Shown in pieces: positions 38,599-52,185 of a stretch of 64,000 bases of DNA. The notes beneath the pieces were generated by a model that did no database searches, had not been told where the DNA came from, and saw only the letters and a list, made by a program, of their open reading frames with translations. How positions within the stretch are numbered: the first letter of the stretch is position 1; each line of letters opens with the position of its first letter. Source of the stretch: Dimorphilus gyrociliatus (lineage: Eukaryota; Animalia; Annelida). The stretch lies in NCBI GenBank assembly GCA_904063045.1, contig CAJFCJ010000006.1:1246097-1310096 (forward strand). The letters run 5' to 3'. Both the position numbers and the translations under genes were made by a program.

Positions 38599-39267
38599 TT
38601 CTATATTTTTCTGCAATATGAAAATGAAATTAAATTGCTTATTCAGGCATGAATTATAAATATTAAGCAATTCGTTGCTAGCCAAACCGAGTGCAAAAAC
38701 ACCAATAGGGGACGCCACGATACGTTCTACTTTTTTCAACGCGTCGAAGGTGTCGCTGCTATAGTTGAACAAGGTCTGTCTACGACTCAACGATTACGCA
38801 ATGAATGTTCCTTACCTGATCGAATAATTATTGAAAAATCCTTTCAATGAAAGCTTATAAAAATGAATCTATTCGATGGCGGGAAAATTTCGGAGAAATT
38901 GTAGGAGAGCCATCTGTAGATTCCTCAATGTGACGTAGCAAGATGGCGTAGATGGCGTTCGTCATAGCAACGAGGTGGCGTCGTTGTTTCACCTATCGCA
39001 CCGCCATCTAGCTGTTATAGTTATAGGCTAGTCTTGAGCAAATATATTATATCGAAAATTGAATTCTGTTTTATCATTTTATGATAAACGCAAGTAAATC
39101 ATGAAAGATAAATGTAAAAAGGACAACACGTGCACCTTATCATTATTTGATGCTTTCACTTGAAAAGAATTAGGTTGCACAAGTCTTATCTCGGAGGATA
39201 AAAGTAGAAACTGTCTGTACTTTATATCAGTATAGAAAATATCACAAAAAAGGGACCAGAGCCTAAG

Positions 39268-39626
39268 ATGACTTCTTTGAATAGAGTTCTACAAAGTAGC
39301 TGGAAAAAAGTTGTTGCTTCGCAAACGAATAGATCGTTCTATAATTCAACAAAAGATTATATTTCGAGATGTCAATCTATGCCAGCAACATCAAATGTAC
39401 AAAAGTCGAAAACTAACAAAAAGGTAAACTATAATTTTCTCCTTATTCTGAAGACAAATATGTTAAGATGTAAGAAAGGGTACACTTAAAACTGATGCAA
39501 ATATATAAAAGAAGACAGCTTCCTAAGAATAAAGAAACTATTAGAGAAGAGTTTGAAACTCACTTTCAAAAGAATATTACTGATAAGAATATTATCTTTA
39601 TATCGGCAGATATTGTCACTTTTTAA
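39268..39626 (+). CDS. Possible 87-aa two-exon microprotein
   Basis: Exon 39268-39423 (phase-0 donor AAG|gtaaac) plus 39519-39626 (cag|CTT...TAA) join in frame. Confidence 0.35.
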
Positions 39627-40005
39627 ATATAATTTATTTATCTTTATTATAGACTAGTACTTTATAACAAAGCGTGTCTTAGTACATTCTTCGTTCATAA
39701 TATCAAGAATAATCTAATAGTAATTTTTTTATTACCCTTCCAGCAAATAAGACCGGAAAGAAACTATGAAAAAATGGATAAATACTATGCAGTAAACGTT
39801 ACGAATTGTAATCAAATAAGAAGCGTTCACGTTACCTTTTTTTTGACTTTGTTATTTAATTAATATATCTTCATGAATAATATTTCCGTTTATTGGGAAA
39901 GTGTTTTTTTTAAAGCTTTTTAACTATTACAACAAAAAAGTGCATTTATAATATATTTTATTATACTCTAACAATTAGAGTTCCTTTATAAAAAAAGATT
40001 AATGT

Positions 40006-40888
40006 TTATTTTCGTTCTCCAACTATACGGAGTATATGCAGAAACAAGTTGATTATATCTAAATACAAGTTAATCGAAGCCAATATATAATCTTCAGGTG
40101 ACAAATGATGCATAACCATATTTATGTCAAAAATAATGAATAGACTGAATAGAATTGCTCCACCGCCTGCTAAAAGCATTTGGAAGGATTCGCTGTGGAA
40201 GAAAAATTCAGCCATTCCGGCAATCAAAAGTATAAATAAGCCCGAAAATAGAGAAGCGTAAAGAGATCTGAAATCCCTTTTCGATGTAAGCGTATAGGCA
40301 GTTAAACTACCAGTTACTGCCGCAGTAAGTCCCAAAGCAAAGATGACAGATCTAACAGTATAGAAGGTTACGACTGTTGCTACTGCGTATGATTGACAAA
40401 CTGTGAAAACAGCAAGGAGTATATAATTCATCGGAACTTCTTTTCTCTTGAAATGCAATGCAAATAACAAAACCATACTAGCGACAAACGACACAATCAT
40501 CATCCACGAACTAGAATTAATAATGTTAAATGTTTAATATAATAAGTAAGAAATTTTGTCAATAGTTTAGATTAAAAACTTACTTTCCACGTACAAATCC
40601 TTGAACTGTTTCGGAGCTCATAAAAAGCATACACATAATAGCTGAAATGACAAGCTGACAAGTCAAAATTCCAAATACTTTCTTAAGAAAACCTATGAAA
40701 GAAAAAATAAATGAAATAATATATTTTATTTATTTGGTACTGTCATAAATTTTGACAGTTGGAATATTTTTTAAATAATAATTACCAAGTCTGATGTAGA
40801 CATCGCTATTCGCGACATTGGTGCCATACATAAAGTCATCTACAATGGAGGGTTTTTGAGAAAAGACTGATCCTTCCTTAGCTGACAT
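40006..40888 (-). CDS. TMBIM4: Transmembrane BAX inhibitor motif protein 4 (Lifeguard 4/GAAP); three exons
   Basis: SIVDDFMYGTNVANSDVYIRLGFLRKVFGILTCQL, FIIFDINMVMHHLSPEDYILASINLYLDIINLFLHILRI; multiple TM segments. Confidence 0.95.
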
Positions 40889-41536
40889 CTGCTCAATGGC
40901 ATAATAAATCGAGAATGTTATTCATTTCTTTTGATCATAAGCTGTTTATTTACAAACCTTTGGCAAAAGATATTGTGTTTACTGTGATGTAATTAAGATA
41001 TTCTTTCTATTTTCTGATTTTCTTTAAACCACGAGAAAAAACGTTAAGTCACGAGATTTTAGATTTTAGCGCCACCTATCGTTTAAAGAATTCCTTATTT
41101 AAAAAAAATAAAAATAATGCAATAAAGTACAAGTATAAATATGAAAAATTCAATTTTTCAAAATTAATTGGTGAAAGAGAATAATGACAATTAAAAAAAA
41201 AACGATTAATAGTTTCTTTATATTATATTTGAAACATATTTTACAAATGACTATATATTTTTATTAATCGCAAAAAGAGAAAATGTATAGAAATGAATTT
41301 TCTTGTGAAGAGAAGAAAGAAGAGATTCTTTTGTTATTCAAGATATAAGGAAAGTTTATGAAACAGCTTTAGATTTAGGTTGTTCTTGCTGCTTACAAGA
41401 TCTATATTTTATTGATATTTGAAAATAGGTCTAGAAGAGTAGATTATTATTTTCATTCTCCTCTTTTTACTGTGTCTTTGGTAAGCAATATTTATTGCGA
41501 TTAACTTTCACAATGACATATTAATGGGTTATCTTG

Positions 41537-42324
41537 TTATAATTCCAATATCTTATCTAATCTCCTTTTACTTTTGCCTAGAATTTCACGTGTAATTTGA
41601 GAGTAAATTGCTGTATCTTCGGGAAGTTCTCTAGCTATTCTATCACCTATGCTACTTTTTAATGAGACATGGTTCAAACTCGTAGACGATCCATCTTTTA
41701 AACATTTATCCAAATCCTCTTTTGCAACCTTCACAAGAGCTTTTAAGCCTTGATTTTCTGCTAATAAATTTTCTTTTTTAGTTTCTCTTACGATAAATTC
41801 AGATTTTAGCCTATTAAGTTCCTCTTCAAAGAGAGTACAATCACTTTCTGCCTGTTTCATATCAGTACGTCTCTAAACAAAAAACGTAGACAAAAGTATG
41901 ATAACAATATTACACAAAAAAAACAAACCCGTTCAAGTTCTTTCAGAATACCGGCATTAACAGCTTCACATACTCTATATTTACCCCATTTTTCGGCAAT
42001 TTGTGATCTAAGTATAGTTATCTCGGACTCTATAATAGATTTAACAGCCTGATTATCTTGAAAATTGCGAATATGATTCATTTTTTGCCTTTCAAAAATT
42101 AAGTTATATAAAAAGATTTTAAACTAAATTAGACAAAGTTCAAACGCTTGTTTATTAAATTTTTAAATAAATTTTATTCCAAAAAAAAAAAAAAGCTAAG
42201 ATACTAAAGAAGATAATGAAGAAGACAAAGCAAATATTCTACAAAGCAGCAATATGGTCTTTTTTTTTCTTTCTTATTGAGAGAGAAATTTGATAAGAAA
42301 AAAAAAGTGACACTTACCAGACAT
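41537..42324 (-). CDS. Small uncharacterised coiled-coil protein; three exons
   Basis: ATG TCT G|gtaagt at 42324 splices in frame to GC AAA AAA ATG AAT (MSGKKMNHIR). A second intron at about 41876-41928 leads to ...LDKILEL*. Confidence 0.6.
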
Positions 42325-42383
42325 TTTTTATAATAATTAAACATTTTGAGCAAAACATTCATTTAATACATTCAAATTTATAC

Positions 42384-42386
<3 letters not shown>

Positions 42387-42429
<43 letters not shown>
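42387..42429. repeat. (TA)n microsatellite
   Basis: About 21 TA units read directly. Confidence 0.95.
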
Positions 42430-42431
<2 letters not shown>

Positions 42432-43581
42432 GCTGTCTTTTTTTTCATAATGTAAAACGTTTAAGGCACATAAAAAAAAATACCAAAAAAACAACAATGT
42501 ATGTTCCTGTAGATTCTTTAAAGGCAGACAACTTCCCAATAAATTTGCCATTATCTGTCCATGCTTCGCTGATTTTTGTTGAAAAATAAGCAAAGGTTCA
42601 GACTCCATCGAAACCATCTCATTACTTTTCATAAACAATAACATTAGCTCTCCCAGCTGGCTTAAACCTTGGTCAAATTTCCCATTGTTGATGGTACAAG
42701 GTGATGAAGATAAAGGAAAAGCGACGGTGGTTAATAGAAGAACCAATGAGTATGTTGATGAGAAGTTCAAGAAGCTTTTAACTCGATATTTCTGAATGTT
42801 TGACTGAAGAATTCGCCCCCCTTATATAGCAAATTTGGTGACAACTGCTCAAGAGCGGACAGCAAACTGTCCAACTTATTTTTCTTCATTTTTTATAGCC
42901 CAGAAGGAATATTATTTCCTAAAGATTAGTTCAAACTGTTCGTGAGAGCATGGCGTTTTGGATTATCATAAATTTCTTTAAAAACCATTTGCTATTGCAA
43001 GTTTATTAACGTTTGTTCTACATTTAAGATGATTACAAGAGGTGATGAGTAGTTTAACTTTCACAGCTTTTTGAATAGAGATCAGTCATATCAACCGTTG
43101 AGTATTATCAGAAGCTAATTGTCCTTTTTTCAGTTCGCTGTTTTGTAAGGATAAGAAAAATTATCATAAGAGAATAAGCATAGTAAAGAGGAAAGAAAGA
43201 ATATGACCTGAAACTAAGAAACTTATGCAAGATTATTGAAAATAAGAAATTTTTCGCAATATCAACTGCAATGAACTGCAATGGAAAAAGTATCTAAATA
43301 ATGCAATAGGTTAAGATCTTTATCCAATATGTACAGTGGCTAGCAATGCGATAGAAGATCTATCCTAAGTAGATATCTTGATATAAATATTTTTGTTTGT
43401 TTACGCTTCATGCTCAGAGAATAATTAGGGAAAATAAACAATTTATTATATATTTAGGGTCATTTATCTGTTCACAAAATGCCATTCTTATGAAAATACA
43501 TTGTACGATTGTTATAATAATATTGTTTAGTTGTTGATTACAATTTAAATATTTTAAAAATAAACGGCAAAGAAAAATGAT

Positions 43582-44889
43582 ATGTTGAATTTTATTAAAT
43601 GTAATAGTTGTCTAATTGACAATTTAATATCTAATTATTGGCCAGCAGCAGGACGAACTTTTGATCAATCACCTAAAACTGATGAAACGAAACGTCGTAG
43701 AAGAAGAACATCGGAAAAGAAAAGAAAAATATGCGATTATAACGATTTTGCTGAGTCTAAAGAAATTTTAAATGATCGATGGCTAATAAAGAAAAAGCTG
43801 GGCGGTGGTGGATTTGGTCAAGTTTATGAAGTTGAAGATATATCTACTAATATACGTGGAGCGTTAAAACTAGAACCAATTGAAAGGAAACGAATTGTTC
43901 TTAAAATGGACGAAAGAGTACTTTCCGATTTAAAAGATCAGAATCATATTTGCGAACTATTTGCCAGGGGAAAAACCAAAATGTATTATTTTATAATCAT
44001 GTCGCTTAAAGGTAGTGTATTTCCCATTCATCTTCCTGCTTCTATTAGGATTTATGATAATCATAATTTCTAAATAGGAAAGAACTTGGGTCAATTAAGA
44101 AAAGAGCAAAGTGGTCAAAGGTTCACGCTGTCCACAACTATTAGGATAGCAAAGCAAACATTAGCAGCTTTAAGAGTTGTACACGATGGAGGCTATATTC
44201 ACAGAGATGTTAAACCAACAAATTTTGCGATAGGACTACCTCCTCATGAAAAAGTCATCTACGTCCTTGATTTTGGTTTATCGAGACGCTTCTTAAGAAA
44301 TACTATTGAATTTGATAAAATTTCAACTCATACAAAAACTTGTTTCAGACATCAGCGAAGCAGACCTTGTAAGATCATATAAACCCCTGGTTTCTAATAA
44401 TTCTGTACTATGTACTTTAAACTAGCATTTAGAGGAACAATTAAATATGCTTCGCTAAATATTCACAGACGAAATGAAGCTGGAAGAAGGGATGACTTAT
44501 ATAGCTGGTTTTATATGATAATTGAATTCCTTAATGGTAATCTTCCATGGAGACAGTTATATGAAAAATACGATATCGAAGATGCAAAAGAGCATTTCCA
44601 CGAGCAAAGGGAACCAATGATTCATCTACCAAAACATTTCCATACCATACTTGATCATATTGAATCGCTCAAAGATTATAAAGATAGGCCCAATTACGAT
44701 TTTATACTAGCACATTTAGAAACTATTCAAACTAACTATGGTGTAAGTGATAATGATCCGTTCGATTGGGAATTGAAATCGAAATTTTTATTCAATTTTC
44801 CAAACGCATCTCACATAAAAAATAGATTAAAAAAGAGAAAAAAGTCTAAAATCAATCGAAACGAATTCACATCTTTTGAAAGTTCATAG
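43582..44889 (+). CDS. Tau-tubulin kinase-like/CK1-family Ser/Thr kinase; 5' end uncertain
   Basis: LGGGGFGQVY, GALKLE, HRDVKPTNFAIG, LDFGLSR, FRGTIKYAS and RRDDLYSWFY; two introns of about 57 nt. Confidence 0.92.
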
Positions 44890-45775
44890 AAAGTAAATAA
44901 GATAATAAATATTTTTATTAGCATAGATAGACTACAAACAGCAATGACTGAAAATAAAATTCGTCATTGTATTGCTATTTCTACCCTTTTAACTAGCTGC
45001 TTACTTTTCTCTCCTTTTTCTAGTATTCAAAACAATACATTATACTAAATATATATTAGAAGGGTTTAAATAACTTCTCTCCATCAATTTTCTTATATAG
45101 TGTGGTAGGTTGTAAAAAAAATTTAAATTTTTACTTTATAAATAAACATTCATTAAATATAATTTTATAACATGAATATATTCTAACAGGGTTATTTCCT
45201 ATTTATCCATCGAATTTGTTTATCAACATATCATATCTCGGGTTGTATATTAGAACAATTGAATTGTATGATGATGCTAGTATTGAATGTATTTTTTAAT
45301 GAAATAGTATTGATAGTGAAACCAGCTGTTCACATTTCAAAATTGTAAGACATAATTAATAAATCATTATTGAGACATCATTTATTATTGCAGCTCTATT
45401 ATTTAAACAAATAAGTAATTTCACTACTTTTGTCAATCTTTACAGATGTGATAAATATCTTCGACTCACAAAGCACATAGACATTGTACATCGAAAACTT
45501 AATAAATAACGCCATCTAACGGATCTAACCTGTTAAAATACAGATCACATCAGTAGAGGTGGGCAATAACACTGATAGAAAAGTCAAATTAGCTAAGGAC
45601 TTGGGATTGTAATAATTTTTTTTTATTTATATTCAATAACTTTGATGTCAAAATTGGTTACGTTACATATTTATATATAACGACGAGGAAAAGGGATATT
45701 TCGGACGAAAAAACGAACAACGCAGTCGTTTTAATCGAGAAAAAAAAAACACATTCGGCCTAATTCATCCGAAAA

Positions 45776-47455
<1,680 letters not shown>

Positions 47456-48056
47456 CTTAGGGCGTTATATTAAATGTTTTTAAGCTTCCTAACGACCAAC
47501 TGAGGACGTATTATGCATCAATTTCACAAAAACTCGCACAAATGATTGCTACCGTGTCCCTCAACGTCAGAAAAGATCCTTCCACGTAGTTGGCCACGTG
47601 ACCTATCTTGACGGGTTTTCTGTGCTATTCGACTTAATAGCCAATTTTAGAAGCTAAAATTATTTTTATAAATTTTTTCGTTTAATAATTTTAAATTACA
47701 ATAATTAATCATTAATTTTTTGTTACTTTTTACGAAGAACGTGTAGTGCGGTCCTTCCGGAAGTGAAAGAGTTGTTGTGGAAATTAGGTAAACAACATTA
47801 GAATTTCCCTTTTTTCTCGCTTATCTTTCGTTTTTACGCTTTATTTTTTCGATAGAGGTAAATAATATAATATATATATTGTTATTATTATAAGTTTTTT
47901 ATGAGGTTTGTCAAAATACGAAAACTGATTTTTTACGATCTTCCGCCTTGTTGGCACACGTTGGAAGACTAGGCCTATAGTCCTTAGGCCGTTCGATTAA
48001 AATTAAGCCTATGATAATGTACCAGATCTAACCATGTGAACCACGTGTTTCAGGTG

Positions 48057-50528
48057 ATGGGAAACACTTCGGGAAAAAGTTTAAGGCGGGGAACGGCTGA
48101 CAAATCCTCATCGTCCTTGTCGTTAAAAGGGCGTGAGGATACTGTTGAAAATCTATCAAGATGGATAACAGCCGAAAAAAGACGTACACAAGACATACTT
48201 GAAGAAAATTACGACGTTTATAAAGTAATAATGCCAAATCACTTTTAAAACTGTCCCCTATATTATAATCAAAACGTTGTCTTCACCTAAATTCAGCAAA
48301 GAATGCATTTACTGAAGCATATGTTCAAGCAACTTGATCCAAACATTATGGCAACTGCAACGTTTGTAAATCATGGCGACCTTGAACTTGCGGTGAAGTA
48401 CGACGTATCCAGACGACAACTACTTGTAAAGATAATACAGGCGAGAGATTTAAGGGCAAGGGATCTCAGAGGAAAAACATCTGATCCTTACGTAAAGGTG
48501 TGATAAAAGCTGTGATAAGATAAATAGCACTATAATAAATTAACCGTTTCTATATAGCTCTGGCTACAAAAGGAAAGAGGTGGTGAAGTAGGAAACGTGT
48601 ACAAAACGCGTATAATGCCTAAGACTCTATCACCAAAATGGAACGAAATCTTTTCCTTTCCAATTGATAATATGGATTTATTGGATGGAACATTCCTAAT
48701 TTTTCAAGTATGGGATAATGACATTACCGAAAGGGACGATATGATCGGAGAAAATGTCGTCTCAATTTCTTCAATGAATATCAGTTCTGGACGACATGAA
48801 TTTAACGCTTGGTATAGCCTAAAGGCATCAACTGATCTAAACATTACTGGTACCGTCAGTTTTGATATAAGCTTTGAAATGCCCGATGTTCTTACAATAA
48901 AAGTTCTTAAGGGTGAAGGTTTAACTCAAAAATCCACTGACAGACTACCCAACTGTAGAGTTAAACTGCAGGTAGAAGACAATATCTATTTATAAATTTC
49001 TGAATAAGATTATATAAGATATATCAAGATAAACAACAAAATGTAAATGCGTTTTATCTGTAGGTACCGGGCATTGCTCTTTGTTTCGAAACGGAAATCA
49101 AGGAGAATACGATAGATCCCGTATGGGAGGAGACATTCGAATTTCCGGTAACGCTTGATCAATTGTGTACCAAGTGAGTCTTAAATTTTCCTTCTCTGAC
49201 ATAAGAAATAATCAAAATACATAAATTACACAAATAAAAAATATAATTTCTTTTTATCTCTTATTTATCTATATAGATACATCGTCCTGCATGTTATAGA
49301 CGTCAGAGACGGGCAACAAAATGAGACGCTCGGTCAGATTATCTATGATTTAGATAATATTACTCCTCATTCTGGATTTAATGGAACTATGGAGCTTGCA
49401 GACTTGGTTTGTATATTTGCTTTCAATTCTATTTTTATGTATTTGTTTTTATTTTATGAATTTTTTAATTAAGTTCATAATTAATATAAATTTTTTTTTT
49501 TATTTAAAATCATTAGAAAAACTCGGAGCGTCTTCGTTCTCGTTGGTTTCAGCATTTTCTTCTACAAGAATTTCGTGAATCTCTAACGGCTCATGCAAAT
49601 TTTCATCAGCCGTCCTTCCTCTTCAAAAATTCTGAAGGAACAAAGGTACATCTATTTCCAATAGAATATAAAGTTTTCGTGAATATCCTATAGATGGCGC
49701 TGCATAATCAGATACCTTATAGCCATGTATATTAGCATTGGGTTTTATTACATTAGCTTTAAAATAATTCATTTCGCCCCCCACCCCCTCCTCGATCTCT
49801 GCACCATGCCTCCAAAAGTGTTACCCCCCTCTCTCACCTCCTTCTCTTCGATTAGTAGAGGTGTATGCGGGGAGATGCGCATGTGTTTCAAACTACCTCA
49901 TTGAATTTATTTGATGCAGGCTTTTTACCTGACAATAACTGAACCATTGATTATACCCTGATATTTTATAGTTTTTTAATACATCTGGCGTTAATTTAAA
50001 TGTTATGCTGGGGCTTTAGGACTATGAGTAGAAAAAAGAATAACATTTGTAAATTTGCTAATTAATGATTCCTCTCGATTTTTACTTTCTCTGTTTTATT
50101 TAAAAAAAAAGAGAGAGAAACGAAATAAAGATAAAAAACATCCGTGCGAACGTAACTACGGGAGGGATGGAAAAAAGAACGGGCGGAGAAATTCTATCCG
50201 CCGCAAAGCCTCCGGCCAATCATTTTGATGTGGCCAATTAGCCAAACTCGACAAACTTTCGCCCTCTTTCAAAATGACGACCTCTTGCAGCGTTTAGGCC
50301 GGAATCTATTTATTTATAGTTGAATGTTTTGTTTGCTTGTTCTCTTTACGCGTCGTTTTATTCTTGTCTCCAACTTGGTTTACCTCTCTTTTACGAATCT
50401 ACAAAGCCTAACATGTTTTCATTTGATTTACACTATTTTTTTCTACTATACAGAACATCAGAATGGAGAGCTTGAAAGCGAATTGTACGGCAAATATCAA
50501 AATCGTCGATGGAATCCCTGTATATTGA
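48057..50528 (+). CDS. Tandem C2-domain (synaptotagmin-like) protein without a TM helix; last exon ambiguous
   Basis: LLVKIIQARDL, GKTSDPYVK, KTLSPKWNEIFSF, FQVWDNDITERDDMIGE, and a second C2 with DPVWEETFEF. It ends either at 49735 or via exon 50454-50528. Confidence 0.85.
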
Positions 50529-52144
50529 CAGGAGGAGGATTAAATGTAATAAGGCCGTGTTAAATTCTAATTTCTTTCTCTTAGAGGTCTTCCTAATCGC
50601 GTGTCTTCCTATTCTTTGTATGTTTTCGTTATATTCCGATCACTTTCTTTTAAAGAGACTAAATCTCGGCTGGTTCCGTTTAATGTCATTTTTTATTGTT
50701 ATTTTCTTCCTTTATATAACTTATACCTATCTATTTATCTTTCTCCGTAGAATAAAATATATAAACGGATTTGGAAGTTTATTCTCCGTTTAGGATTGTA
50801 GTCTATATATTACTATATAAATGATAAGGCAGTACTTTTGCATTATAGATATTTCATATATATATATCTATATATGTATGTATGAAGTATTGTATAATAA
50901 AGTAACTCACATAAAACGTTATATAATTGGGATCGCTACGCGACGCCAAAGCCGGGCCGATGGAACGTCGTTACAAAGTGTCACGATCATTCCGTGACGT
51001 CAGAATGACAAGAATTAATGAATTGAGAGTATAGCTGTTACGGAACATACCGATTTATCATGTAGCCCTAGTAGGAGGGTATTTGAATGTGAAAGTTTTT
51101 TAGAAAAATGAGTAAAATATAATGGACAAGAGAAATGGATAAAGGAAAGAGAAAAGAGAGGGGTGGAAGTCGGTGATGCGTGACGCTAAAATCGACGCCA
51201 GCCGGATATCTTGCGAACAAGTCGGCGCCTTCAAAGAGTTTGTCGCACCTGACGACCGACTTGGTGCAGGTGACCATCATTAGCTTTTTCATTATAACTT
51301 GTAAGGTTTCTTTATCTTCTATTCCGATCTGCAAAATATAGAAGGCGGATGAAACGAATCTCGCGAGGAAGCGGTTTAATTTCGAATGCGAGATTGAGGC
51401 AGGGCCTGGAGATTTTATCTTTAACCGATACGTTCGATTTGTTTGTCAAATCTCCCCTCCGTCTCTCTTACTCTTTTCTTATTTTCCCTCATCTTTCTTC
51501 TCTTATTTACTATTTCACTACGGTAGAATAAGCGCCAATTCTATTATTCACTATGTCAAAAAGTTGCGAGAAGGCACGCGCCACCCAATCGGCGTTTCTT
51601 TGAACGCTCAAGCGTTGCTTTCAAGTGGCACGCGCTGACCTTTCACCCGATTTCGCGGTAAGCGTCTAAACTGGCTTAGTGACACTTTTGTGACCATGTC
51701 CGGCACGGGCGAGAATTAAAATAATACACATTCTCTTTAATAACAGAAAACAAGGGATTTACAATAAGTGTAAAAAAAATACTGGGGGCGTGGAATATGA
51801 TGGAAGAGTACCAAGAGTGGTATACGAAAAATGAGAGATCGCGACGTCCCTTCTGATGCCGTCTAATTCGAATGTGGGATCATTCAAATACGCTTAAACG
51901 CATGCTGTTCTATAAACGGGCGATTACAACACTGCGCCACGTTTTCGAAATTAATTAATTTATGCTGTTAGTCTTCTTGGTCATGTGATCGTTACGGTTT
52001 AATTATAAAAAAAACGCAAAAAAAATAAGGCTAACACAAATATAAGCAAAAGATGAACAGGGAAAATATAGGTAGGTGTTTGGTTGTGTGGGGATGAAGA
52101 GCAATAGACATGATATAATATATACTGATATACTGTATATATAA

Positions 52145-52148
<4 letters not shown>

Positions 52149-52180
<32 letters not shown>
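52149..52180. repeat. (GA)n microsatellite
   Basis: 16 AG units read directly. Confidence 0.95.

Positions 52181-52185
<5 letters not shown>

Noticed and set aside
42513-42795. In-frame TGA after Cys (CPCFADFC-TGA-KISK) as a possible selenocysteine codon
   Set aside because: There is no start codon for that frame, no match to selenoprotein motifs I know, and no SECIS recognised. A frameshifted or decayed ORF explains it more simply.
51571-51580. AAGGCACGCG, resembling the start of miR-124
   Set aside because: Only 10 nt match and there is no precursor hairpin.
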